From assembly GCA_963514005.1 (NCBI GenBank), contig OY740792.1:35960001-36024000 (forward strand): a stretch of DNA of 64,000 nt. Direction: 5' to 3'. This stretch comes from Raja brachyura (taxonomy: Eukaryota). Below the pieces are notes generated by a model. The model did no database searches and was not told the DNA's origin. It was given only the letters and a program-made list of their open reading frames with translations. The position numbers were made by a program, and so were the translations under genes. Of this stretch, positions 51,563 to 63,610 are shown one piece after another; within the stretch, counting starts at the first letter, position 1, and each line of letters starts with the position of its first letter.

Positions 51563-52326
51563 CACTGTTTCAATATTACTTCACATTTTAGATATTACTC
51601 TATAGATAATACTTCACAGTGTTATTCACAAGTGTGCATCATTTAGAATTTAATGGAAGAAATAAAGGAAAATTGCAGGGGAGAACACAAGAAACTGCAG
51701 TTACTGGTTTACAATAACGTCACAAAATGTAACTCAGGCAGCATCTCTGGAGAACATGGGTAGGTGATGTTTCGGTTCGGGCCCCTTCTTCAGACTGATT
51801 GTAGTGCGGAGGGGGGGGGGGTGGGTGTCAGAAAGCTGGTGGAGAGGTGGGGGCAGAACAAAGCCTGGCAAACGATAGGTGGAAACTGGTGGGTGGGGGC
51901 GGGGGGGTTAATTGACACATGCCTGTTTCTGATTTGATTCTGACTACAGGTGCTGTCTGTATGGGAGTTTGGACGTTCTTCCTGTGACCTGCGTCAGCTC
52001 CCTCCGGATGCTCCAGGTTTCCTCCCACATTCCAAAGTCGTACAGGTTTGCAGGTTAATTGGCTTGGTAAAATTATAAAAATTGTCCCGAATGTGTGTAG
52101 GATAACGTTAGTGTACAGGGCTTGCTGTGGTCCAAAGGGCCTGTTTCCACGTTGTATCTCTAAACTAAAGTAGAGATGAGGAGTGAGATGTGAAGCCGGT
52201 GGAAGGGATCAAGGCGGAAGGGGAGCTGGGTAGGTGACAGGAGCCGGGGGGGGGGGAGGGGGGTCGAGATAGTGAGCGTCCAGTTGAGGCACAGGGAAGA
52301 GAGGAGGGGGATGAAAGATTGAATAC

Positions 52327-52734
52327 CTGGTCGCTGTACGGTGACGTAGGTCATCCCCGACATGTTGATTCCAACTTTATACCAGTTGTTGTTGGGACTC
52401 AGCAGCCATTCCTGCACCAGGCAGTAGTATTTGCCACTGTCATCGACGTCAGCCTTGTGTATGACCAAGGTATAATGGCCACTGGAAGGCTTTGCTGCCT
52501 GCAGTCTCTCCTTCCTCTCGTGCCCTAACAACTCGTTGCCGTATTCGAACATGCAATCCCGGTTTGATCTCAGAATCAGCCTGTCCGCTTCCTCTTGGGA
52601 GCGTTGAACATACCACTGGACAGAAAATTGAGAGTCAGAGCCGGTTTGGTTTGTGATGACACAGCTCAGGCGAATACTGTCATTCTCCGTCACCAGCAAG
52701 TTCCGCTTTAGTTGGCTGACTTCTAGTCTTGCAT
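52327..52734 (-). CDS. EWI-family Ig gene (IGSF3/CD101-like), V-type Ig exon A
   Basis: cacag|AT acceptor, G|GTATTC donor; 408 nt, phase 1-1; LSC..W..DSGKYYCLVQEWL Ig-V signature. Confidence 0.9.
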
Positions 52735-52802
52735 CTGTGAAGACAAACAATGCACTGGTCACTGGCATGACAAAAGTGAACAAATTTTATGAATAATAAA
52801 TT

Positions 52803-53170
52803 GGGGCAGTACAGTGGCGCAGTGGTAGGATTGCTGTTTTACTCCAGAAACCCGGGTTCGATCCTGACTGCAGGTGCTGTCTGTGCGGCTTCCCTGTGAC
52901 CGCATGGGTTTCCTCCGGGGTCTCCGATTTCCTCTCACATTCCAAAGATGTACAGTATAGTGACAGATTTTCATATCATTCAAGGAATCTTTCCATTAGT
53001 CACTATGATTGAAGGTTAAACTAAGTGGCTACCACATACAGGTTTGCAGGTTAATTGACTTCTAAAATTCTAAATTGTCCCTAATGTTCAGGAAAGTGTT
53101 AGTATGCGGGGTGATCACTGGTCGGTGCGGACTCAGTGGGCCGAAGGGCCTGTTTCCGCACTGCATGTCT
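52803..53170 (+). mobile_element. tRNA-derived V-SINE (HE1-like), representative of roughly 20 copies (e.g. 290-560, 1710-2005, 28845-29160, 34700-34972, 45370-45836, 48268-48555 on -; 8570-8860, 32552-32830, 58490-58780, 60325-60575 on +)
   Basis: A box TGGCGCAGTGG, B box GGTTCGATCC, V-domain GGGTTTCCTCCGGG.., CR1-like tail GGGCCGAAGGGCCTGTTTCC. Confidence 0.85.
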
Positions 53171-55636
53171 AATGTCCAAGTCAAAACGTCCTCATTTTTT
53201 CTCTCTCTCAGGCTCACCAACCATAAAGAGGACACCCTTTACCCCAATCAGCACCGAGACTATTGGGTTATTAGCAAGATACTCTATGATTGATTGATTG
53301 ATAAACAAAGCACAGAAACAAAATCAAGGACCTTGATTAGGCTGCCTTTGGAGTACTGAGTGTGGTTCTGGATGTCTATTACAACTAATATAGATCATGT
53401 ATAGGCAGACGAGATCAGCTTAACATGGCATCATGCTCGGCGCAGACATTGTGGGTTGTGCCATTCTATGCTCTCGGCCCACTGGGTTCACACTGACCAT
53501 TGATCACCTGTTCACACTAGTTCTATATTAAGCCTATTTCTCATCCACTCCAGGGGTAACCAGGGGTAATTTACAGAGGCCAATTAACCTAGAAACCTGC
53601 ACGTCTTTGGGATGTGGGGGGAAACCAGGGCACTCGGAGGAAACCCATGTAGTCACAGGGAAACCGTGCAAACTCCACACACACAGGACCAGAGGTCTCT
53701 GGCGGTATGAGAGCGGCTCTACCGCTGCGCCACTGTACCGCTTTCATCTACACCTGCATTCTTCACCCACTGAGTTCCAGGTCTCTAGGGACTCACCATC
53801 AAATAAACATTTCACCACTGTTGCTTGGAATCAACAGATAACACGGAGAATCAAATTTGAAGCTACACTGCCTCAAGAACATATAACAAATGTATCTTCC
53901 CCAGTCAATTAAGTAATTGCACAGGGTGTAAATTATTTGAATAACAGTGGCGCTATGACTTTGTGGGTTTCCTCTGGGTGCTCCTGTTTCCTCCCACATT
54001 CCAAAGACGTGCATGGATGTAAGTTAATTGGCCACCGTAAAATTGCCCTTAGTGTGTAGGGACTGCTTGAGAAAGTGGGATAACATAGAACTAGTGTGAA
54101 CGTGTCATCGATGGTTGGCGTTGACTCGGTGGGCCGAAGGGCCTCTTTCAAAGCTGTATCTTTCAATCAACAAAAACTTGTTTTTAAAATATAATAATAA
54201 GGAACTGCAGATGCTGGTTCATAAAGATAGACACAAAATGCTGAAGTAACTCGATGGTTCAGGCAGCATCCCTGGGGAACATGGACTGGTGATGTTTCAC
54301 GTCAGGACCCTTCTTCAGACTTGTTTTGCCAATGGATAAATTTGGGTTCCTATTCAAACATATGCTGCACAGTTTAGTAAAAGATACTAAACTTTAACCT
54401 GACTTTAGACAGACACAAAGTGCTGGAGTAACTCATCGGATCAGGCAGCATCTCTGGAGAAAAAGGGTGGATGACGATGCAGGTCAGGACCCTTATTCGG
54501 ACTCCAACCCGAAACGCCACCCAAACGCCACCCTTTCTTTCTCCCCAGAGATGCTGCCTGACCCATTGAGTTACTCCAGCACTTTGTGTCTATCTTTGAT
54601 ATAAGCCAGATTCTGCACTTCCTTGTTTCTACATTAAACCTGACTTTATCTAGAAAGCTCCCGAGATGGTATGAAACATAGGTGATAAACAAAAATATAT
54701 TTCCCCCGGTTCCTGCTTTTAACGTTCCCTAGAGCAATTCAGTGCTGACGCTCTCTCTGCCTTGCAATATTCATTGAGGTCATCAATGTGATGTACAACA
54801 GGTTTTATATCCAAAAAGCTGCTGTGTAGTTGCTGCGTTTGCATCTTCCTTGTGCAAATGTGCACCAAATTAATAATTAATCAAAGCACTCACACATTAT
54901 CATGCCAAATGTGATGTTACTCCTGCTGGCGATTTAAAAGTTACTGATGGACTACAGGTTCCTCAGGCTGCACAGTGACAAGTGGCCATGTAATCAAACA
55001 ATTCCTCTTTGTAAGTTGGTTTCTGGGAACAAATTACTGCGTGGAATAGATGCTCAGAAATTTGGAGCTAACAGTTAGGCGCAGTGACCAGGTAACATTT
55101 TGTTCAAGGGCCTAACACTAGAAAATTTGAGCTATTGACTTTATGAAGCATGGTGGAGTACAGGCCCCAATCAGCAACTATGGGGCCGAAGTGGACGTGG
55201 TTGAGCGCTTCAAATTCCTGGGTGTTAATATTATCAGGAGACTCAGGATTTCCAGTATGTCCCCGAATACTCTTACAAAGATGTACCATAGAAAGCATAT
55301 TGTCGGGTTGCATCACAGCTTAGTTTGGGAACAGCTCTGCCCAAGACCATGAGAAATTGCATAGAGTTTTAGATGTAGTTCAGTCCATCACAGAGACCAG
55401 ATGACTCCATCTACACTTCACACTGCCTCTGGAGAGTGGACAGCATAATCAGACTTGTATCATCCTGGTTACTCCTTCTTCTTCCTGCTCCCGTCTGGCA
55501 GAAGGTACAGAAGCTTGAAAACTCGCACCACCAGGCTTGGGAATAGATTCTTCCCCTCTGTTGTCAGATTTTTGCACAATCTATCCATAAACTAGGGCAC
55601 TGTTCTACTCACCTCTACCCCATTGCCGACATTGCA

Positions 55637-56975
55637 CTTAATTTAGATGAAGGAATTAAAAGTAACATTAGCAAATTTGCAGATGACACAAAGTTGTGTA
55701 GCAGTGTGAACTGTGAAGAGGATGCAGAGTGTTTGGACAGGTTGGGTGAGAGAGCAGATGCATGGCAGATCAGAATCAGAATCAGAATCAGAATCACACT
55801 TTATTCGCCAAGTATGTTTTGCAACATATGAGGAATTTCATTGGCCAGGTCAGTCATACAATAAAAAGTAACAGAACAGTCAAAAACACATTTTAACATG
55901 AACATCCACCACAGTGACTCCTACACATTCCTCACTGTGATGGAAGGCGAAATAAAGTTCAAGTCTCTTCCTTCTGTTCTTCCTCGGTCGTGAGCCTCGA
56001 GCCCCCGTTGACGGGACAATCTTGACTCCCGTAGCCGGCGGCGTTCGGGCCCTCTGCGTCGAGGCGATCAAGGTCCCGCATCGGGGGGATGTCAGCTCCC
56101 CCGCGCCGGGCGATCAAACCTCGCGTCGGGGCTGGCCGAACCTGTATGCAGTATAATGTGGATAAATGTGAGGTTATCCACTTTGGAGGTAAGAACAGGA
56201 GGGCAGATAATTATTGGAATGTTGTCAGGTTCGGAAAAGGGGAAGTACAACGAGACCTGGGTGCCCTAGTACATCAGTCACTGAAAGGACGCATACATGT
56301 ACAACAGGCAGTGAAGAAAGCTAATGGCATGTTGGCCTTCATAATGAGGGGAGTTGAGTATGAAGCAAAGAGGTCCTTCTGCAGCTGTACAAGGCCCTGG
56401 TGAGACCACACCTGGAGTATTATGTGTAGTTTTGGTCCCCTAATTCGAGGAAGGACAGTCTTGCTATTGAGGGAATGCAGCTTAGGTTCACAAGGTTAAT
56501 TTCCGGGATGGCGAAACTGTCATATTATGAAAGAATGGAGCAACTGGGCTTGCATTCACTGGAATTTAGAAAGATGACAGGGGATGTTATAGAAACATAT
56601 AAAATTATTAAGGGATTGGACAAGCTAAGTGCAGGAAACATGTTCCCGATGTTGGTGGAGTCCAGAAACAGGGGCCACAGTTTAAGAATAAGGGGTAGGC
56701 CATTTAGAATTGAGATGAGGAAAACGTTTTTCACACAGAGAGTTATGAATTTGTGGAATTCTCTGCCTCAGAAGGCAATGGAAGCCGATTCACTGAATGC
56801 ATTCAAAAGAGAGTTAGATAGAGCTCTTAGGGCTAGTGGAATCAAAGGGTATGGGGAGAAGGCAGGAATGGGGTACTGATTGTGGATGATCAGCCATGAT
56901 TACATTGAATGGGGTGCTGGCTCGAGGCGCCGAATGGCCTACTCCTGCACCTATTGTCTATGTATCTATGTCTAT
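55637..56975 (+). mobile_element. CR1-clade LINE 3' part, interrupted at 55769-56143
   Basis: KFADDTK, QYNVDKCEVIHFG, TFFTQRV.NLWNSLP; 3' UTR hairpin and (CTATGT)-type tail. Confidence 0.9.
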
Positions 56976-57648
56976 GGAACTGATGCGCTACAAAGCTGAG
57001 AACTATATTCAGCACTCTGTATCTTCCCCTTTACTCTATCTATTGTACTTGAGTTTGGCTTGATTGGCAGAAGATCTGAAGGTGTTTGGCTGATCGGGAG
57101 TTCAGAATTGGAGCAAAAAAGCAAAGTGCTGCCAGGACCAAGTGGGTCAGGCAGCATCTATGTAGCGGATGGACAGATGACATTTTATATCAGGTTGATG
57201 GAGTAGGGGGAAAATGCTGGAAAAGAGAGATGGCGCTGGACAAAGCCTGGAGAATGACAGGTGGATACAGGCGAGGGGCACCTGGGGGGAAATTGGTGGA
57301 CTGGGAGATTGGTGGAGTCTGACAAAGGCTAGAGATGAAAATGAGACCAAAGGGCATCAGATAGGAGAGATGAGGAGGAATGGGAGGGGGGGGGGGGGGG
57401 AATAAATGGGAAGGTGGGACTCAGGGATAGGAGATGAGTGTCAGACTGAGGTCAGTCTGAAGAAGGGTCCTGACCCGAAAACATCACCTATCCATGTTCT
57501 CCAGAGATGCTGCCTGACCCGCTGAGCTACTCAGCGTTTGTGTCTTTTTGTGGTGTGTCAAAGTCTGGATTTCACGTAAATTTCTCCAGCTCCTCAAAGA
57601 TTCTTTGTGGTGCTGGTCACAGCTTTCCTGCTCCATCAGGTCTTCTTA

Positions 57649-57875
57649 AGGGCCAGTCCCACTTGGCAATTTTTTCAGCGACTACCGGCATCATTGACTA
57701 ACATATCAGGTCGACGGAAGATTTGCGGCATGATGACGTTTTGACGTGCAGTGTTTTTTCAAGTGTCGCAACATTTTTTTTGTCGCCGCTGGATTTTGAA
57801 ATATTCAAAATCTTTTGCTGACACTGATATGAAGCCGGCAGTCGCCGAAATAAATCGCCAATTGGGACAGGCCCT
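57649..57875. mobile_element. PIF/Harbinger-type MITE
   Basis: ~42-bp imperfect TIRs AGGGCC(A/T)GTCCCA..CCGGC; TTA on both flanks (57646-57648, 57876-57878). Confidence 0.8.
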
Positions 57876-57978
57876 TTAGTCTCCCAATATAGGCAGCTAG
57901 GACCCAGTCTTGACAACATTTTGTTGTTTCTGAACAAGGAGCTTTTATTCAAATAATCACACTCACAAGAACTGGAAA

Positions 57979-58032
57979 GGGGTGGGAGATTGCAACCTTC
58001 ACCTGGGGCACCCTGTTTCGACAAATGCAATC
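57979..58032 (+). ncRNA. Predicted minimal HDV-like ribozyme, partly decayed copy
   Basis: P1 GGGGTGG/GCACCCT (G1-U wobble, one mismatch), P2 perfect, P3 ACC/GGG (one mismatch), J4/2 CAAA. Confidence 0.6.
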
Positions 58033-58112
58033 AACCCGACGTCCACAAACAAGATCAAATAGAACATGTTGACCTACAACTTTAGGCTGTGCACGCCATA
58101 CGCAAGAAGAAG
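57979..58112 (+). mobile_element. ~134-bp non-autonomous retroposon with an HDV-like ribozyme head and (AAG)n tail, copy 2
   Basis: 12-bp TSD AAGAACTGGAAA (57967-57978 / 58113-58124); tail ..CCATACGCAAGAAGAAG. Confidence 0.85.
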
Positions 58113-58149
58113 AAGAACTGGAAATATCAAAACTGCCCCAGCAGATTGC

Positions 58150-58465
58150 AAACATCAATCATTCAATCATGATTACACCATTATCAGCATTATCCACGAC
58201 GCACTCGACCTCTCACCCCCTGACCAGCCTTCACGGAAGGCACCGTGGACACCGCGAGTTCCTTCCCCAGGGACACGCGAGCCCAGGCATGGGCCGGGAA
58301 GAAGGGCAGGCAGTCGACTTGGGCAGGAACCCCGACTGCCTGGACCCGTCAATGGCCATGTTGGCCAGGCCCAGGAGCAAACCAACAGGGGCTTCCAAAC
58401 CCTCGCCGACTGACGGACTCTTCCCCCCTCTATATTGAGTGACCAAAGATCAGGAGCGGGGGTTA
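58150..58465 (-). mobile_element. Tx1/L1-clade LINE ORF2 C-terminal fragment
   Basis: Reverse strand reads VGLLLGLANMAI.GSRQ..DCLPFF..ARVSL.KE.AVST..AFREGW; GC-rich. Confidence 0.6.
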
Positions 58466-59225
58466 AACTGCAGTCAATACTGAGGCTGACACTTGCGCAG
58501 TGGTAAAGTTATTGCCTTACAGCGCCAGAGACCCGGGTTTGATCCTGACTGCGGGTGCTGTCTGTATGGAGTTTGCACGTTCTTCGAGTGACCGCATGGA
58601 TTCTCTAGGGTGCTCCGGTTTCCTCCTACATTCCAAAAATGTGCATTTTTTTAGGTTAAATGACTTCTGTGAATTCTGTCCCTAGTGTTTAGGATAGAAC
58701 TGGTGTACAGGATAATTATTAGTCGCAACCTCGATGGGCCAAAGGGCCTGATTCCACGCTGTATATCTAAACTAAACTAAACCTGGGGAGCAGTCCCTTT
58801 AGATACTCAAACAGGGGCATGTCTTGCCAGCATAATGCAACATCTTGTGTAAAATCTGCATTGAAATATAGTGATCAAATAATCTGCTGCCAACCCCTCA
58901 GTGCCCCCAAAGTCTTTGTCAGGAGGTCAGAGAGAGACAATTACTGGGCTGGTGGACTTCCAGGCCCTCTACACCATGGGACACCTCAGCCGGTACCCGA
59001 CATTCTAAAAGAGATTTCACAATGCAACCAGAAATAGCCACTCCAAGCGCAGCATTTGTTGAGAGTGGATGCTGATCTGACGTTTTTTGGAAGAACATTA
59101 CTGATAATGCCACAGGGTTGTCGCCCACTTCAAACCAGCTGAGTGCTGACTACATTCCACAGTGTTGTACATCACGTTGCAATTAAAACCAGGGACTGCA
59201 CAGATGACAGTTCTCAGACAAATGG

Positions 59226-59228
<3 letters not shown>

Positions 59229-59261
<33 letters not shown>
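59229..59261. repeat. (GA)n microsatellite
   Basis: Directly visible. Confidence 0.95.
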
Positions 59262-59263
<2 letters not shown>

Positions 59264-61199
59264 CTATGTGGCACTCAGGGGATTTTGAAGCCACACAATG
59301 CATCTGCTATACACATTGATTAATAGAAGCCAACGCAGCAGGCATGTATAAATGGATAACGTGTTACAGTGCTACCCTGATGTTTATGTAACAAAGGTTC
59401 ATGCTGCTCATCTATCCTATGCTTTTATCATAGATCTGTCTAACACTAAATTATTTGGAAATGAGGATCAAGTTTTAATTTTTTTTTTAAACAATACATT
59501 TAATCCTCTCACAACAACCTTCGACAATTTCTGCAAGTACACCTTCAAAGAATGTCTCAAATGCAGATCAACACTCGAAGATGCCTCCCCAAGTTACAAT
59601 GCATTCTCCACATGTAATGTTTAATTTTATGGCTCATTTCATAAACAAAAGTGAGTATTCCATCAGGGTGAATAAATTTGTGTAAATTTATGAAAGAACG
59701 AGGTGGAGAAGACAAAGAAGGAAGTTAAAGAGTGGCACGTCTGTATTTTGATCGCCGTACGCTACAAAAAACGTGCAGGGTGTGTAAAGAAAGGATGGAG
59801 AACAATAGATATAATCTCCATTTGTTTGTTAAAAGTATTTCTGAGCAACAGAATAACTAGCCGCACATATGACTTGCTCCACATACGAAGAACAACTCAA
59901 ACAACACATAAAACACGAATGGTAACAAAGATATAACCACACAGGCTGTTACGTGCACAAGGATGAAATTGGAAAGACTGCCAGACAGGCAGTCACAGGT
60001 GAAAAACACATAGACAATCATTGACAGAATTATGCAAATATTGTGCAGCATTCCTTCTACCACAACTAACTACTTTAATATGTAGAAATGAGAAACAACA
60101 GATGCTGGTTTATCAAGGAAAGACACAAAATGCTAGAATAACTCAGCGGGTCAGGCAACTTCCCTGGAGAACATGGATAGGTCATCTTTTGGGTCATGCC
60201 CCATCTAACGGTCCCGACCTGAAAAGTCCATGTTCTCCAAGGATGCTGCCTGACCCCGCTGAGTTATTCCAGCATATTGTGTCTTTTCATCAGAACTGGA
60301 ACTCCTTGTTAAGTTTCCCTACCAACAAGGTAAAGACACTGCCTCACGGTGCCAGAGACCGAAGATCGATCCTGACCCCGGGTGCTGCTGTGTGGAGTTT
60401 GCACGTTCTCCCTGCGACCATGTGGGTTTCCTCTGGGTGTTCAGGTTTCCTCACAGATCCCAAAGACTTGCAAAAGTGGGATAACATAGAACTCGTGTGA
60501 ATGTGTTATAGATGGTCGGCGTGGACTTAACTTTAAAGGCCTGTTTCCATGCTGTATCTCTAAACCAAACCAAACTTTAATTTTCTTAAATGCTGTTTTG
60601 AATAAAGTGCTTTAAATTCACAATTACACTAGATGCTTCTTTAATTTGCTGGGCCTTTAATATTTTGTTCTAATCGCATTTATGCATCAACCCTGCAAAT
60701 TATATGCATCAAATTTTTAAGGAGTAATTTTGAGCAAATCTCAGCAATAACTCCCCAGCATGTAGATCCAAGTACAATCCTGAGCAGTCCTTAATTATTG
60801 GAACAGTGAAAAGATTTGTGATCTTTGAGATTTAGTTATTAATAGGCTAATCTGTAATCCCAATTATAACTCCCCGTTAGTTTGTGGAAATGCAGCCGAT
60901 TAATATAACAATAATAGCACAGGCATGAAATAAGGGTTTTTTTGGCAAACCAAGCTGGGCAAAAACATTAAATGAAAGCATTCAAATTCTGAAGTAGAAA
61001 TTGCTGCTGGCATTACGGACAAGTCAATATGATTACATTATATTGCAATGTAACAATATGGTTATTTATTAGATAATTACTTTCATACCTTCATGGAAAG
61101 ATTTAGAGCAGAATAGATTAAATATGGACACAAAGTTCAGCAGTAGCTCAGCAGGTCAGGCAGCATCTCTGGAGAACATGGAAGGTGACGGATAATCGG

Positions 61200-62120
61200 G
61201 GTGAGTGGGCAAATGCTTGGCAGATGCAGTTTAATGTGGATAAATGTGAGGTTATCCACTTTGGCGGCAAAAACAGGAAAGCAAACTATTATCTAAATGG
61301 TGGCCGATTAGGAAAAGGGGAGATGCAGTGAGACCTGGGTGTCATGGTACACCAGTCATTGAAAGTAGGCAGGGGGTTACACAAAAAGCTGGAGAAACTC
61401 CGCGGGTGCAGCAGCATCTAAGGAGCGAAGGAGATAGGCGACGTTTCGGGTCGAGACCCTTCAGGTGCAGCAGGCAGTGATGAAAGCGAATGGTATGTTA
61501 GCTTTCATAGCAAAAGGATTTGAGTATAGGAGCAGGAAGGTTCTACATCAGTTGTACAGGGTCTTGGTGAGACCACACCTGGAGTTCTGTGTACAGTTTT
61601 GGTCTCCAAATCTGAGGAAGGACATTATTGCCATAGAGGGAGTGCAGAGAAGGTTCACCAGACTGATTCCTGGGATGTCAGGATTGTCTTATGAAGAAAG
61701 ACTGGATAGACTCGGTTTATACTCTCTAGAATTTAGGAGATTGAGAGGGGACCAAAATTCTTAAGGGGTTGGACAGGCTAGATGCAGGAAGATTGTTCCT
61801 GATGTTGAGGAAGTCCAGGACAAGGGGTCACATCTTAAGGATAAGGGGGAAATCCTTCAAGACTGAGATGAGAAAGACTTTTTTCACACAGAGAGTGGTG
61901 AGTCTCTGGAACTCTCTGCCACAGAGGGTACTTGAGGCCAGTTCATTGGCTATATTTAAGAGGGAGTTAGATGTGGCCCTTGTGGCTAAGGGGATCAGAG
62001 GGTATGGAGAGAAGGCAGGTACAGGATACTGAGTTGGATGGTCAGCCATGATCATATTGAATGGCGGTGCAGGCTCGAAGGGCCGAATGGCCTACTCCTG
62101 CACCTAACTTCTATGTTTCT
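61200..62120 (+). mobile_element. CR1-clade LINE 3' part. The same young subfamily recurs at 63722-64000.
   Basis: KANGMLAFIAKGFEYRS..VRPHLEFCVQFWSP..; tail (TTCTATGT)n. Confidence 0.9.
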
Positions 62121-62889
62121 AGAAGGGTCTAAGAAGGGTCTCGACCCGAAACGTCGCCTATCTCCTTTGCTCCTTAGATGCTGCTGCACCCGCTGAGTTT
62201 CTCCAGCTTTTTGTGTAACCCTCGATTCTCCAGCATCTGCAGTTCCTTCTTTAACAATTCTATGTTTCTATGTTTCTATAATGCGTAATGGATAATGTAG
62301 GGTGATTGCTGGTCGGCATGGACTCGGTGGGCCGAAGGGCCTGTTTCCATGCTGTGTCTCTAAAGTCTAAAGTTTAAGTGAATTGGAGGTGATTTAGGTT
62401 GATAAGGGCGGGTTCTCATGTGAGAAACTGAAAGCACATTTAAGGAGAAAAAAAATGGCGTTTGGAAAAACTTTAATGTCTAAATTCTCAACTGAACACA
62501 CGTAGTTAGTGATAGTGAACAATAATTGGTACCAATAATTGGTACCTATCTTTGCCTGGGAGTAGATGGATATTATGCTACTTCCTTCAGCTTCTTGGAA
62601 CCTTGCTAATGAAGGCGTTGAGAGGCTTGCTGCTTTATTACGAAAGACAACACAATTTGCATAATCGCCTTCCCCAGAAGCTAAATCTGGCCGATAGTTT
62701 CATTAGTACACACAAAAGCAGGAGAGTTATTACCCAAACTACAGCTTCTACTTCTCAGACTATGCATATTTCTAGTTTGACTTAACGAGGGCCTGTAAAC
62801 AATCCAAAATTTTGATTAAAGGATTATTATTTGTTTTTGACGGTTGCTACAATTTGTAGTAGTCCAAAATCTAGGTGATTTATCTATTC

Positions 62890-63610
62890 AGAGTCAAAAG
62901 AGAGTCAAAGAGTCAAAAGGGTTTATTGTCATGTGTCCCTGACAGGACAATGAAAATCTTTCTTTGCATAGCACAACAGAACATAGAAGGCATTGACCAC
63001 AATTCTATACGTAAATACACCCATGAATTAATAAATTAATAAAGTGCAAATAGCAGATGGAGGGATATTAATGTTCAGAGTTCCGAGCTAAGTTTTATAG
63101 CCTGATGGCTGTGGGGAAGTAGCTATTCTTAAACCGGGTTGTTGCAGTCTTCAGGCTCCTGTACCTTCTACCTGAAGGTAGCAGGGAGATGAGTGTGTGG
63201 CCAGGGTGGTGTGGGTCCTTGATGATGCTGCCAGCCTTTTTGAGGCAGCGACTGCAATAAATCCCCTCGATGGAAGGTAGGTCAGAGCCGATGATGGACT
63301 GGGCAGTGTTTACTACTTTTTGTAGTCCTCTCCTCTCCAGGGCGCTCAAGTTGCCGAACCAAGCCACGATGCAACCGGTCAGCAAGCTCTCTACTGTACA
63401 CCTGTAGAAGTTAGAGAGAGTCCTCCTTGACAGACCAACTCTCTGTAATCTTCTCAGGAAGTAGAGGCGCTGATGAGCTTTCTTAATAATTGCATCTCTC
63501 GGACCAGGAAAGATCTTCACAGATGTGCACGCCCAGGAATTTGAAGCTCTTGACCCTTTCAACCATCGACCCGTTGATATAAACAGGACTGTGGGTCCCC
63601 ATCCTACTCA
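62890..63610 (-). mobile_element. Rex1/Babar-like LINE 3' fragment. Related fragments at about 5525-6320(-), 10145-10470(+), 32180-32545(+), 49735-50285(+), 55160-55620(+).
   Basis: KKAHQRLYFLRRL..FYRCTVES.LTGCI.AW..IIKDPHHPGH..LPSGRRYRS..TRFKNSYFP.AIRL. Confidence 0.8.

Noticed and set aside
52803-52870. tRNA-like sequence with A/B boxes
   Set aside because: It is the head of a V-SINE, followed by the V-domain and CR1-like tail; no complete cloverleaf.
59700-60070. Cluster of ETS-, RUNX- and NFAT-like motifs (possible leukocyte enhancer)
   Set aside because: 6-7-bp motifs occur by chance at this density; no conservation or chromatin data available.
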